Source of the DNA: an uncultured Alphaproteobacteria bacterium
GTDB taxonomy: Bacteria; Bacteroidota; Ignavibacteria; OLB7
Assembly (NCBI GenBank): GCA_964462535.1
Contig: CAYWXV010000001.1
Span: forward strand, 165,380-229,379
Direction: 5' to 3'
Length of the DNA stretch: 64,000 nt
Below are positions 38,454-47,936 of this stretch, piece by piece. Below the pieces are notes generated by a model. That model was not told where the DNA came from, did no database searches, and saw only the letters and a list, made by a program, of their open reading frames with translations. How positions within the stretch are numbered: position 1 is the stretch's first letter; each line of letters opens with the position of its first letter. Position numbers and translations under genes: made by a program.

Positions 38454-39191
38454 ATGAAACGAATCTGCATTCTCGGCTCCGTAGCGCTGGCCGAACCACT
38501 TATCAACGAGATAACCGGCAGCCACGAGATTTACGTCGTCTCGGAAGAGTACACCCACTCGGACCAAGGTCGTTTTCGTGTTATTCCAGCGACGGACAAC
38601 ATCTCCGTACCGATAGATCTCGTCATTGATCTCATTCAGGAATTCGGTGACCAATGGACCACGCCTGAAATGTATTCGGAGGGATCTTGCGTACTCGTAA
38701 ACAGTGTCCAGACGACAGCAACAAGGGTCGCTGGGACCAACACCCATCTGGTGGAGCGGGGTGTTGGATTCGCCGCTCTCTCGTATCTGACCGGGATCTT
38801 CGAGACAAGTACATCGTTTGAAATCTCGATCGCGCGACAATGCACAGATTCTTCGGGCATCGCGGACCTGCTCAACCAGATCTTCTCGTCCAGATCGATA
38901 GAACTCGTGGAGGACAGCATCGGGCATGTTTCTCCCAGAATTGTCGCAACGGTAATAAACGAGGCGGCGTTCGCGGTGATGGAAGGTGTTGCCTCGCCGA
39001 TCGATATCGACGCGGCGATGAAGCTCGGCGTGAATTACCCGGAGGGGCCCCTCAAATGGGCCGACAGAATAGGAGCGACGAACGTCACACGGTTGCTCGA
39101 TCTCCTTTGGGAAGAGTATCACGACGAACGCTACCGGGTCGCCCGGATTCTTCGTGACCATGCCATCTCCGGCGCGACATTCCTTTCATAG
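38454..39191 (+). CDS. 3-hydroxyacyl-CoA dehydrogenase homologue with a degenerate NAD-binding motif and catalytic site (putative pseudoenzyme).
   Basis: The C-terminal domain is conserved (IVATVINEAAFAVMEGVASPIDIDAAMKLGVNYPEGPLKWADRIGATNV). The N-terminal GxGxxG is replaced by ILGSVALAEP, and the His-Glu catalytic region (HFFNP) is not recognisable. I start at Met 38454; the ORF track extends to 38394. Confidence 0.55.
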   Translation: MKRICILGSVALAEPLINEITGSHEIYVVSEEYTHSDQGRFRVIPATDNISVPIDLVIDLIQEFGDQWTTPEMYSEGSCVLVNSVQTTATRVAGTNTHLVERGVGFAALSYLTGIFETSTSFEISIARQCTDSSGIADLLNQIFSSRSIELVEDSIGHVSPRIVATVINEAAFAVMEGVASPIDIDAAMKLGVNYPEGPLKWADRIGATNVTRLLDLLWEEYHDERYRVARILRDHAISGATFLS

Positions 39192-39200
39192 AACCCATCC

Positions 39201-40412
39201 GTGCCCATGACAAGCGCATACATCGTATCCCCTCTTCGAACACCGATTGGCCGCTATGGCGGAGCCCTTTCGTCAGTCCGTGCCGATGACCTGGCATCGT
39301 ATGTCATGCGAGCCGTCATGGAAAGAACGGGAGTCCCTGGTGAGTCGATCGACGACGTCATGATAGGATGCGCCAACCAGGCGGGAGAGGACAACCGCAA
39401 TGTCGCCCGGATGGCAGTTCTGCTCGCGGGCTTGCCATACTCGGTTCCGGCGACTACGGTGAATAGACTCTGCGGATCGGCCCTGGATGCTGTCATCATG
39501 GGCGTCAGAGCCATACAGAGTGGCGAGGGAGACCTAGTTGTGGCTGGGGGTGTCGAGGTAATGTCGCGCGCGCCCTACGTGATTCCGAAGAACGTGTCCG
39601 GAGCAGCGCTCTTTGGTAACCTCACAGCATACGACACCGCGCTTGGCTGGCGATTCCCAAATCCGAGAATGGAAGCGCTTATTCCGCTCGAACAAATGGG
39701 TGAGACAGCGGAGAATGTCGCCGAGAAGTACTCCATCTCGCGAGAGGAGCAGGACACGTTTGCGCTGCGATCCCACCAGCTTTCCGTCAAGGCATGGGAC
39801 AGCGGCTTCTACGACAATCATGTCGTGCCGGTAGAAGTCAAGAGCCGGAAGGGGGAGACGAATGAGGTCTCAAGGGACGAGGGACCGAGGGGAGATACGT
39901 CTCTCGAGAAGCTTTCCGCACTGCGGCCTGTATTTCGCAAGGGCGGATCCGTCACGCCGGGCAATTCTTCCAGTCTCAATGACGGTGCATCGGCCATGCT
40001 GATAGCAAGCGAGAATGCTGTCGATAGGTATGGACTGACACCCGTCTTGAGGTTCGTCTCCAGCGGTGTCGCGGGTGTCGATCCCCGATTCATGGGAGTT
40101 GGACCCGTTCCGGCCACGGAGATGGCCTTGAAGCGGGCGGGGCTCTCCGTTCGGGATCTCGGTGTGGTTGAATTGAATGAGGCGTTTGCCTCACAGTCGC
40201 TTGCGGTGATTCGTGACCTGGGCTTGAACCCTGACATCGTGAATCCAAATGGCGGTGCCATCGCGCTGGGGCACCCGTTGGGGATGTCGGGTGGACGATT
40301 GGTTGCCTCCCTTGCGGCTGAACTGGCGAGTCGTGGTGAAGGATCGTTCGGACTGGCAACGATGTGCATCGGCGTGGGTCAGGGGATCAGTGCCGTGTTT
40401 CAGCGAGTCTGA
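39201..40412 (+). CDS. Acetyl-CoA C-acetyltransferase (thiolase II).
   Basis: NRLCGSALDAV (active Cys). NEAFASQ. GHPLGMSGGR. C-terminal CIGVGQGIS. Confidence 0.9.
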   Translation: MPMTSAYIVSPLRTPIGRYGGALSSVRADDLASYVMRAVMERTGVPGESIDDVMIGCANQAGEDNRNVARMAVLLAGLPYSVPATTVNRLCGSALDAVIMGVRAIQSGEGDLVVAGGVEVMSRAPYVIPKNVSGAALFGNLTAYDTALGWRFPNPRMEALIPLEQMGETAENVAEKYSISREEQDTFALRSHQLSVKAWDSGFYDNHVVPVEVKSRKGETNEVSRDEGPRGDTSLEKLSALRPVFRKGGSVTPGNSSSLNDGASAMLIASENAVDRYGLTPVLRFVSSGVAGVDPRFMGVGPVPATEMALKRAGLSVRDLGVVELNEAFASQSLAVIRDLGLNPDIVNPNGGAIALGHPLGMSGGRLVASLAAELASRGEGSFGLATMCIGVGQGISAVFQRV

Positions 40413-40441
40413 CGATTCTGGCACCAAGCCTCGCCGGGGAA

Positions 40442-41518
40442 CTACTCGTCCGTCGAGCGTCGGTACTGGTCATCCTCAATCGTGAGCATCACGGATATCC
40501 GGTGTGTTGCTCCGAACCCGCTCAGATCGTTGTTCTCCTGCGTGAACGCATAGTCGATGTTGAGCTTCGGAAGACGGACGCCCGCACCCATAGTCACCTG
40601 TCGCAGTTCCGAAACTCCAGCGCGCAAGAAGACTCGGTCACGGTACGAGTACTCCAATCCTCCGGCAACATCGAGGCTGGCAACATCGAGATCGCCGAAC
40701 GTAGTCTCGTGTCGCCCCTCAAATCGAAAGATTCCATCGACAACTGGTGTCACGGCATGATCGGACGTGAGGGCCAGGCGATACGCTCCCCCGACGCGAA
40801 GCGATGGAACGATGAACTCCTGCGTACCCGTGTCCCAGATCAGTAGCGACTTTGTCGCATCGCCCAGCGTCGCTCCAACGGTCAGACCATCGACCGGACG
40901 ATAACTCGCGGCCAGGTCGACGCCGATACCCCACGCCGAGTGCTCAAGAATAGACTTGTAGAGGAACTTCACGTTGCCGCCCACCGACAGGTCCGGCGAC
41001 AGGCTTCGCGCGTATGAGCCGAGAATTGCCCAGTTGGACGATCCCCCCAGCGTGATACGCGAACTGTCGATACGATCGCCTTCGTCGAGTCGTCCGTTGG
41101 CGTTGAGGTCAACGAGCGCGTTTCTCGAGTCTTTAATACCGTCGAGCCCAAGCCGTATGGCCGTCAGCCCGAGGGTCTGCGTTGCGTCATACGGCCACAC
41201 GATGCCGAGGTAATCGTAGTTGATTTGCCCTGAGAAACGGGACTCGTGCAACAATGCCCCTTGCGGGTACATAACGAGTGCCAGGGCGGCCGGGTTGAAG
41301 TAACCGGCTGTCACGTCGAGCGCAGATCCAGTTCCGGCACCCCCAAGAGCAGCAGAGCGACCGCCAACTCCAAAGCCCAGAAACTCTCCTGCATACTTGG
41401 CATTCACGAAGCCCTGACCCGAAGCAGCGCTTGCGCACAGAATGAGAAGGAGAAAGGTAATCCAACGGACGGGTGTGGTCACGTGATTCACAATGGGGAT
41501 TCGGTGAGACATGTACAT
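40442..41518 (-). CDS. Outer-membrane beta-barrel protein, PorV/PorQ-like (FadL-like family; possible T9SS component).
   Basis: Signal peptide. N-terminal GGRSAALGGAGTGSALDVTAGYFNPAALA motif. About 355 aa with a beta-strand-rich alternating pattern. The start is chosen at the internal Met preceding the signal peptide. Confidence 0.45.
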   Translation of the reverse strand: MYMSHRIPIVNHVTTPVRWITFLLLILCASAASGQGFVNAKYAGEFLGFGVGGRSAALGGAGTGSALDVTAGYFNPAALALVMYPQGALLHESRFSGQINYDYLGIVWPYDATQTLGLTAIRLGLDGIKDSRNALVDLNANGRLDEGDRIDSSRITLGGSSNWAILGSYARSLSPDLSVGGNVKFLYKSILEHSAWGIGVDLAASYRPVDGLTVGATLGDATKSLLIWDTGTQEFIVPSLRVGGAYRLALTSDHAVTPVVDGIFRFEGRHETTFGDLDVASLDVAGGLEYSYRDRVFLRAGVSELRQVTMGAGVRLPKLNIDYAFTQENNDLSGFGATHRISVMLTIEDDQYRRSTDE

Positions 41519-41615
41519 TCTGCCATAATATTCTCTTTTCTTCGAGAGTTGCAATGGCAACCGTGCTGCATTATCTTTGTCGCGCCCAAAACCACAGGGT
41601 GGGGCATTCATCACT

Positions 41616-41688
<73 letters not shown>

Positions 41689-41723
41689 CATATCTGGAAC
41701 CCAACGGGTTCGTACGAATAGGT

Positions 41724-41768
41724 CATCCTGTCATTGCGCCCGCTCAATGACAGGATGTCTTTTTTTGC
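41724..41768 (+). terminator. Intrinsic terminator after tRNA-Gly.
   Basis: Perfect 13-bp stem CATCCTGTCATTG / CAATGACAGGATG with loop CGCCCGCT, followed by TCTTTTTTTGC. Confidence 0.8.
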
Positions 41769-41787
41769 TCCACGTTCAACAGGACAC

Positions 41788-42798
41788 ATGGCGAAGGTAG
41801 TCTTCATCTCAGGGGATGGTATCGGTCCCGATATCATGCAGGCGACACGCGCGATCATTGACGCCAGTGGCGCCGACATCACGTGGGTGGAAGCGTATGC
41901 CGGACTGGGGGCGTTTGAGCAAACTGGGAACCCTCTGCCACCGGAGACGGTTGAAATGATACGCGAGGTTGGCGTCGTCCTGAAGGGACCACTAACAACA
42001 CCGGTTGGAACTGGGTTCCGGAGCATCAATGTGGCACTCCGAAAGGAGTTCGATCTCTATATCAATCTTCGGCCGACCAGGTCGTTTGAGGGCGTCCCGA
42101 CACGATTCTCGCACGTTGATCTCGTAATCTTTCGCGAGAATACGGAGGGACTCTATACGGGGAACGAGCGGTATGTCGGTGACGAACGGGCCGTGGCGGA
42201 ATCCGTCGCAGTCGTGACGAAGGTGGGGTCGGAGAGGATCATTCGGGCCGCGTTTGAGTATGCCCGCCGCTACGGCCGTCGTCGCGTCACGATTGTGCAC
42301 AAAGCAAACATCCTGAAATTCACCTCCGGCATGTTCCTCCGGATCGGCCAGGATATAGCTCGCGAGTATCCGGACGTACCGAGTGACGACAAGATCATTG
42401 ACAACATGGCGATGCAGCTGGTGATGCGACCAGAGGAATTCGACATCATCGTCACGACCAACCTGTTTGGTGATATCCTGTCAGACTTGGCTAGTGGCCT
42501 TGTTGGTGGCCTGGGGCTTGCGCCGGGGGCGAACATCGGTGACTCCGCAGCCATTTTCGAGGCGGTGCATGGATCAGCGCCGGACATTGCGGGACGAAAT
42601 CTCGCCAATCCTGCCGCCCTCCTGTTGGGAGGGACAATGATGCTTCGACATGTGGGAAAGGTCTCGCAGGCTGATAGGATAGAGACGGCCTTGGAGGCAG
42701 TGTTGCGTGACGGAAGGTTGGTCACGCGTGACCTCAATCCCAACGGGGTCGGCACCACGGCAATGCGGGATGCAATCATTGATCGTTTGCAGTCCTGA
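41788..42798 (+). CDS. Isocitrate/isopropylmalate dehydrogenase-family enzyme, probably an NAD-dependent isocitrate or homoisocitrate dehydrogenase type.
   Basis: VVFISGDGIGPDI...TPVGTGFRSINVALRKEFDLYINLRP...NLFGDILSDLASGLVGGLGLAPGANIG. I start at ATG 41788; the ORF track starts at 41734, inside the terminator hairpin. Confidence 0.8.
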   Translation: MAKVVFISGDGIGPDIMQATRAIIDASGADITWVEAYAGLGAFEQTGNPLPPETVEMIREVGVVLKGPLTTPVGTGFRSINVALRKEFDLYINLRPTRSFEGVPTRFSHVDLVIFRENTEGLYTGNERYVGDERAVAESVAVVTKVGSERIIRAAFEYARRYGRRRVTIVHKANILKFTSGMFLRIGQDIAREYPDVPSDDKIIDNMAMQLVMRPEEFDIIVTTNLFGDILSDLASGLVGGLGLAPGANIGDSAAIFEAVHGSAPDIAGRNLANPAALLLGGTMMLRHVGKVSQADRIETALEAVLRDGRLVTRDLNPNGVGTTAMRDAIIDRLQS

Positions 42799-42837
42799 GC
42801 AGAACAGAGTACACCTCACGGAAGACAGTCTTGATCG

Positions 42838-43461
42838 ATGTTCCGCTACGTCGTTAGCTCCCTGGTCGTTCTGGCCCTTGCAACGTGGATAGGGTCGCTC
42901 ATCTTCTTCGGGGCGGTTGTCGCTCCCGTTGTTTTCGATGCAACGGTGGTCGCCTCGCGCACCGAGGCAGGTGCCATCAATGCGGCCGTTCTTACCCGTC
43001 TTGGCTTGATTGAGGCCGTCGTATCCGTGATTGTAGCGGGTGGCGCCATATACGGAGTCTACCGAACCGGATCGTGGCTGAGCTGGGGTGTGTTGGTGCT
43101 GGCGATAGGAATGGGGATTACGTCGTACTACTACAACAACGTCCTGTTCCCCCGCGTGAACGAACTCCGTGTCGCGATCGGTTCCTTCGACGCCATGCCG
43201 AGCGAAAAGAAATCATTGAAGACAGAGTTCGATAGCGGGCATGCTCGATACTCCATGCTCGTAAAGCTTGTCCTGGCGGCAGGGGTGCTCGCACTCGTCC
43301 TTCATAGTTCGTCTCTCATGCACTATCGACTTCGGACCGATAGGCTGCAATGGCTCGCAGACACTGGACCATTCAAGGACCACGTTGACGACGGAGAAAC
43401 ACCTCCCGTGAAGAAGCCTCCAACGGCGTCACGCTCCCTTGCGTCTAAGGGGGAGGGCTAG
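42838..43461 (+). CDS. Integral membrane protein with four predicted TM helices, DUF4149-like.
   Basis: Hydrophobic segments. The family assignment is tentative. Confidence 0.35.
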   Translation: MFRYVVSSLVVLALATWIGSLIFFGAVVAPVVFDATVVASRTEAGAINAAVLTRLGLIEAVVSVIVAGGAIYGVYRTGSWLSWGVLVLAIGMGITSYYYNNVLFPRVNELRVAIGSFDAMPSEKKSLKTEFDSGHARYSMLVKLVLAAGVLALVLHSSSLMHYRLRTDRLQWLADTGPFKDHVDDGETPPVKKPPTASRSLASKGEG

Positions 43462-43506
43462 GTATATTCGCGGCGTCGGGGCCATTTGCGATCGGTTTCG
43501 ACCTCC

Positions 43507-43599
43507 GGAAAGATGCAGGAGTGGTTTAACTGGAACGCCTGGAAAGCGTTTGTACGGTTTATCGCCGTACCGAGGGTTCGAATCCCTCTCTTTCCGCCA
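43507..43599 (+). tRNA. tRNA-Ser (anticodon GGA) with a long variable arm and encoded CCA.
   Basis: Acceptor GGAAAGA/TCTTTCC. 3-bp D stem with a long D loop. Anticodon loop CTGGAAA. 6-bp variable-arm hairpin GTACGG/CCGTAC. T arm GAGGG-TTCGAAT-CCCTC. Discriminator G plus CCA. Confidence 0.85.
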
Positions 43600-43655
43600 A
43601 GACGTTCCCCGTGTGTATAGAGGACGCGGGCGCCGAACGAACGTCAATCGTGGAA

Positions 43656-43691
43656 GGCGTGGTGACCCAGTGTCACCACGCCTTTTTCATT
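43656..43691 (+). terminator. Intrinsic terminator after tRNA-Ser.
   Basis: Perfect 11-bp stem GGCGTGGTGAC / GTCACCACGCC with loop CCAGT, followed by TTTTTCATT. Confidence 0.8.
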
Positions 43692-43728
43692 GTCAGGCCT
43701 CCTCGACACGAACAGCCCTTCCGATACA

Positions 43729-44952
43729 ATGTCGACCATCTGTCTCTTCGAGGATACCTGCGTTTCGAACTTCTATCCACTCACGGACACGAGGCACGTT
43801 GCGGAGCTACGATCGGGTTGCTTCACGTTCGTTGATCGCACGCGCAGAGTCCTCGCGCCCGATCTAGTCGTTCTCAGCTCTTCGAGACCGGTAGCCAGGC
43901 ATTTCCGCTCCGTCGTAACCTCCCCGTCGCTGGACGGCTCGAGCGAGGTTCTGCTGGTGAATGCATTGGCCTATGTCGACTCTCGCCTTGCCGAACGTCT
44001 TCGCAATGAAGGGACATGGGTGATCCTGGCCTCCGGAAGGGTGGTTGCCGCACGAGTACCGATTGCTGAGGTGCGGGAAGTACTGGCAGATACAACTCGT
44101 TGGTTGGATATGGTGGCGGAGTCGATGTCGGACGTCCGCCACGACGACTCAGTCAAACTGTTCGCAAGTATCTGGGACCTCATTGCCTCGAACGGAGACA
44201 CGATTTCGGCGGATGCCGAGCTTCGGTCGATGGACCGAGAGGGTGTCGTAGACCCCTCCGCCCGACTGCTGAATGAGATGGCCATCCATCTTGGTCGCGG
44301 CTCGAGCGTCGGTGCAGGCTGCGTACTGGATGCCTCCAATGGACCGATTGTCGTAGAGTCGGGAGCCAGGATCATGCACGGCGCGGTACTGCTCGGACCG
44401 GTGGTGGTTGGCGAGAACACCGTGATAAAGATTGGCGCGAAGGTCTACCCAGGGACGACCATCGGACCGCATTGCAAGGTCGGGGGTGAGGTTGAAGATT
44501 CCATTCTGCTGGGGTACAGCAACAAGCAGCACGACGGTTTTTTGGGACACAGCTACCTTGGGGAATGGGTGAATCTTGGAGCCGATACGAACACGTCCGA
44601 CTTGAAGAACAACTATGGCTCTATTCGCATCAATCTTGATGGGCGTGAGGTTGACACGGGTGTTATGTTTCTTGGTTCGCTGATTGGCGATCACGTGAAG
44701 ACGGGAATCAACACCATGCTGAACACGGGCACGGTCATTGGCGTAGGGGCCAACGTGTTTGGTGCGGGGTTCCCCCCGAAGGCCATAGACCGGTTCGCCT
44801 GGGGGACCGATGGGGAACGATTCGACGTTGATCGCGCGGTCGATCTGGCACGTGTAGTCATGGCGCGAAGAAGCGTGCAATTGAAGCCCGAGGATGAAAC
44901 GTTGTTACGGTATCTCCATAGCCCGGGGGGTAACTTCCCATCCTCGCAATAG
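43729..44952 (+). CDS. Sugar-phosphate nucleotidyltransferase-like protein with a C-terminal left-handed beta-helix (hexapeptide-repeat acyltransferase-like) domain; GlmU-like architecture.
   Basis: N-terminus ICLFEDTCVSNFYPLTDTRHVAELRSG. C-terminus has multiple [LIV]G-x4 hexapeptide repeats (GAGCVLDASNGPIVVESGARIMHGAVLLGPVVVGENTVIKIGAKV...). I start at ATG 43729 because the track's TTG start lies in the terminator T-tract. Confidence 0.55.
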   Translation: MSTICLFEDTCVSNFYPLTDTRHVAELRSGCFTFVDRTRRVLAPDLVVLSSSRPVARHFRSVVTSPSLDGSSEVLLVNALAYVDSRLAERLRNEGTWVILASGRVVAARVPIAEVREVLADTTRWLDMVAESMSDVRHDDSVKLFASIWDLIASNGDTISADAELRSMDREGVVDPSARLLNEMAIHLGRGSSVGAGCVLDASNGPIVVESGARIMHGAVLLGPVVVGENTVIKIGAKVYPGTTIGPHCKVGGEVEDSILLGYSNKQHDGFLGHSYLGEWVNLGADTNTSDLKNNYGSIRINLDGREVDTGVMFLGSLIGDHVKTGINTMLNTGTVIGVGANVFGAGFPPKAIDRFAWGTDGERFDVDRAVDLARVVMARRSVQLKPEDETLLRYLHSPGGNFPSSQ

Positions 44953-44989
44953 GCTCCGCAATCCATCTTTTCGGTAGGTTTCCTCGATT

Positions 44990-45643
44990 ATGCCATCTCG
45001 AATGAACAGAGCTTTCCTGGCGTTTTCTTTTGCTTTGCCCCTGGCGCTGATCGCCGGTTGTGGAGGGAGCCGGGGTATTGTTGTTGACGGGTACGGACCA
45101 GAACTTCTGAACGGGAAGCGTGTCGTTATGATCCTCCCGCAACCGGCCGACATCAAGCTGACCGATCCTGCCGCATTCGCTGCGGCACGCGGGGTCGCAC
45201 CCGTTTCGGCCGTCGATATGGTTGAAAATGAGATTCGAACGACTCTAAACCCGTTTGTCGACCAAGCACTCGATTCAAACGAAGTCTCGTTGTACGTAGA
45301 GCTTCCTGCGGGTCAGATGGTACCTCTGTCGGCTACGGCCGACATGTCTGAATCGGCACCGCGGAGCTGGGAGAAGTTTGCGCGAGGGGCGCGCCAGGGG
45401 GGTATCGACTACATGATTGTGGTCACTTCGATGACAATCGATTCCAAAATGAACGAACAAAGGGGCGAGGAGGGTGCGACTGTAACGTATTCTCTCCTGG
45501 ACCCGATCAGATCTCGGGTCATGACTACAGGGACGTTCACGCTGGATCGTGTTCCCTTGATGGCACCCCCTGAAGCGTATCGCCGAATCTCCGACGCCCT
45601 CGTGAATCGCCTTCCGTTCCATATCCGCGAGTCTGATCACTAA
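44990..45643 (+). CDS. Hypothetical lipoprotein.
   Basis: Signal peptide plus lipobox (LALIAGCGGS). No recognised domain. Confidence 0.4.
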   Translation: MPSRMNRAFLAFSFALPLALIAGCGGSRGIVVDGYGPELLNGKRVVMILPQPADIKLTDPAAFAAARGVAPVSAVDMVENEIRTTLNPFVDQALDSNEVSLYVELPAGQMVPLSATADMSESAPRSWEKFARGARQGGIDYMIVVTSMTIDSKMNEQRGEEGATVTYSLLDPIRSRVMTTGTFTLDRVPLMAPPEAYRRISDALVNRLPFHIRESDH

Positions 45644-45697
45644 GGGCCCGCCGGCTGCAGAGATCGCACTTCCCCCACGCGTTGACCTCTTACTCAT

Positions 45698-47932
45698 TTG
45701 ATGCTGGAACTCCCGTTCCCTCGCATCGCTTCGAACAGGAATCAAGCTATGGCCTCACGCACACGAAAGAGCCCCGCTGGGGGTGAGAAGACCGTCCGAT
45801 CGGCCTCCCTCTCCTCCGCCGGGTCAAAGGTCGATCGCGATGTCGAGCGCACCCTGTCCGATCCAAAAGGGGCGGGCGAAGTTCAGCTTTCGCACAATGG
45901 TTCCGCTTCGAGTCCATCACACACGGACGCCGGATTGAGCACTGAAGATCTGCTCTGGTCACTCCGCATGATGATGACAGCGCGGCGCACTGATGAAAAG
46001 CACCTCATGCTCCTTAAGCAGGGAAAGAGTTTTTTCCACATCGGTGTGTCCGGACACGAGGCGATTCAGGTGGGTATCGGTCGCTCGTTGAAGGCGGAGA
46101 AGGACTGGGCCTGGACGTACTACCGCGATCTGGCAATGGCGTACATGTTTGGCCACACGCCAAAGGACCATTTCCTCGGGGCCTTCGCGAAGGCAGACGA
46201 TCCCGCAAGTGGCGGGCGCCAGATGCCGTGTCACCACGGCAATCGCAATCTCCATCTGCCAACTCAGTCTTCTCCCACCGGGACGCAGTTCCTGAACGCC
46301 GTGGGATGTGCGCTTGCATCGAAGATGAAGGGGACCGATGAAGTAACCTATGTGGCTGCCGGGGAGGGGACGACGAGCCAGGGCGAATTCTACGAGGCCG
46401 TTAATTGGGCGTCGCGCGAGAGGCTCCCGGTCGTGTTCGTCGTCCAGGATAACGGGTATGCGATTTCGGTCCCGGCCTCCAGTCAAACGGCTGGTGGGCG
46501 CGTCGGCGAACTCTTCGCGAATCACCCGAATCTCGAGGTGGTCTTCGTCGATGGAACCGATTTGATGGCGAGTGTGGTGGCGGGGCGTAAGGCGGTGGAG
46601 CGTGCCCGCCGCGGTGACGGACCAACCCTGATCCACGCCAGTGTCATCCGTCTACTGGCTCACTCAAGCTCAGACGATCAGCGCAAGTATCGTCCGGAGC
46701 AGGAGTTGGAGGAGGAATCGCACCGGGATCCGATCCAACGTCTATCGAGGTACCTGATCGAGAACGAGCTGGCGACGTCGCAGGAGATCGACACACTGCG
46801 AAACGACGTCTACCGTGAGATTGACGATGCAGCGGATTGGGCAATCGGAGAGGCTGATCCGGACCCTTCAACGAGCACGCTGTACAACCTTTCGCCACGC
46901 GGATGGGGTGATCTGACATTTGAAACGTCGACGCCGTCCGGTGAGAAAGTGATGCTCGTCGATGCCATCAATCATGCGATGCATGAGGAGATGGCGAAGA
47001 GCGACAGCATCGTGATCTTCGGCGAAGACGTAGCCGGAAGCAAAGGGGGAGTATTCACGGCCACGCGCGGCCTGACGGAGGCTTTTGGTGAGCAACGTGT
47101 CTTCAACTCTCCGCTTGCTGAGGCATCAATCGTCGGGGTTGCTCTTGGTCTTGCTATGCGTGGAATCAAACCATGCGTCGAGATTCAGTTTGGCGACTAC
47201 ATCTGGCCGGCGTTCATGCAAATCCGGGACGAGGTTGCAACGCTCCGCTACCGCTCGAACAACGGGTTCTCATGCCCGATGGTGATTCGAGTCGCGGTCG
47301 GGGGGTACATTCATGGAGGGCTTTACCACTCGCAGAACATCGAAGCGTTCTTCTCCCACATACCGGGACTGCTGATCGCCTACCCTTCCACAGCGGCCGA
47401 CGCCAAAGGACTTCTCAAGGCGGCGCTACGCATGGATGACCCCGTCATATTCTGCGAGCACAAGGGACTGTACCGCAGTTCCTATTCTGCCTCGCCCGAG
47501 CCCGACGCAGACTACCTCGTTGAATTCGGCAAGGGGAGAATCGCTCGACAGGGAACAGACCTTACGGTTGTCACGTACGGCGCGATGGTTAAAGATTCGC
47601 TGAACGCGGCAAAGCGCATAGAAAGCGAAACCGGGAAGAGCGTGGAAGTCATCGACCTTCGCACAATTGTTCCTTGGGATCGTGACCTGGTACTATCGTC
47701 GATCATGAAGACCGGGCGCGCCCTGGTCGTTCACGAGGATTCGATGTCGATGGGCTTCGGGGCCGAGATTGCTGCGGTCATTGCACGGGACGCGTTCCAA
47801 CATCTCGATGCACCCGTCGAGCGACTTGCGTCTAAGGACTCGCACGTCCCCTATAGCCCCATCCTCGAAGATGACGTGCTTCCCAGCGAGGAGAAGATTC
47901 GTGGTGCAATGATGCACCAGTTACTGTTCTGA
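45698..47932 (+). CDS. Fused E1 alpha/beta 2-oxoacid dehydrogenase (pyruvate or branched-chain 2-oxoacid dehydrogenase E1 component) with a disordered N-terminal extension.
   Basis: The N-terminal half resembles the E1 alpha ThDP-binding domain (GEGTTSQGEFYEAVNWA...PVVFVVQDNGYAIS). The C-terminal half resembles E1 beta/transketolase-like (FGEDVAGSKGGVF...RVFNSPLAE...GIKPCVEIQFGDY...PMVIRV). The start may be Met 45749. Confidence 0.75.
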   Translation: MMLELPFPRIASNRNQAMASRTRKSPAGGEKTVRSASLSSAGSKVDRDVERTLSDPKGAGEVQLSHNGSASSPSHTDAGLSTEDLLWSLRMMMTARRTDEKHLMLLKQGKSFFHIGVSGHEAIQVGIGRSLKAEKDWAWTYYRDLAMAYMFGHTPKDHFLGAFAKADDPASGGRQMPCHHGNRNLHLPTQSSPTGTQFLNAVGCALASKMKGTDEVTYVAAGEGTTSQGEFYEAVNWASRERLPVVFVVQDNGYAISVPASSQTAGGRVGELFANHPNLEVVFVDGTDLMASVVAGRKAVERARRGDGPTLIHASVIRLLAHSSSDDQRKYRPEQELEEESHRDPIQRLSRYLIENELATSQEIDTLRNDVYREIDDAADWAIGEADPDPSTSTLYNLSPRGWGDLTFETSTPSGEKVMLVDAINHAMHEEMAKSDSIVIFGEDVAGSKGGVFTATRGLTEAFGEQRVFNSPLAEASIVGVALGLAMRGIKPCVEIQFGDYIWPAFMQIRDEVATLRYRSNNGFSCPMVIRVAVGGYIHGGLYHSQNIEAFFSHIPGLLIAYPSTAADAKGLLKAALRMDDPVIFCEHKGLYRSSYSASPEPDADYLVEFGKGRIARQGTDLTVVTYGAMVKDSLNAAKRIESETGKSVEVIDLRTIVPWDRDLVLSSIMKTGRALVVHEDSMSMGFGAEIAAVIARDAFQHLDAPVERLASKDSHVPYSPILEDDVLPSEEKIRGAMMHQLLF

Positions 47933-47936
47933 CATC

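Noticed and set aside
38289-39161. 290-aa minus-strand ORF antisense to the Hbd-like gene, and 37616-38386 antisense to the DUF3276 gene and propeller 3' end
   Set aside because: The plus-strand products match known families. The antisense translations have no recognisable features.
41734-41787. ORF-track start (41734) for the dehydrogenase gene, and track start 43690 for the LbH gene
   Set aside because: These upstream extensions run through the stem-loops and T-tracts of the strong tRNA terminators (41724-41768 and 43656-43691). The downstream ATGs (41788 and 43729) are the plausible starts.
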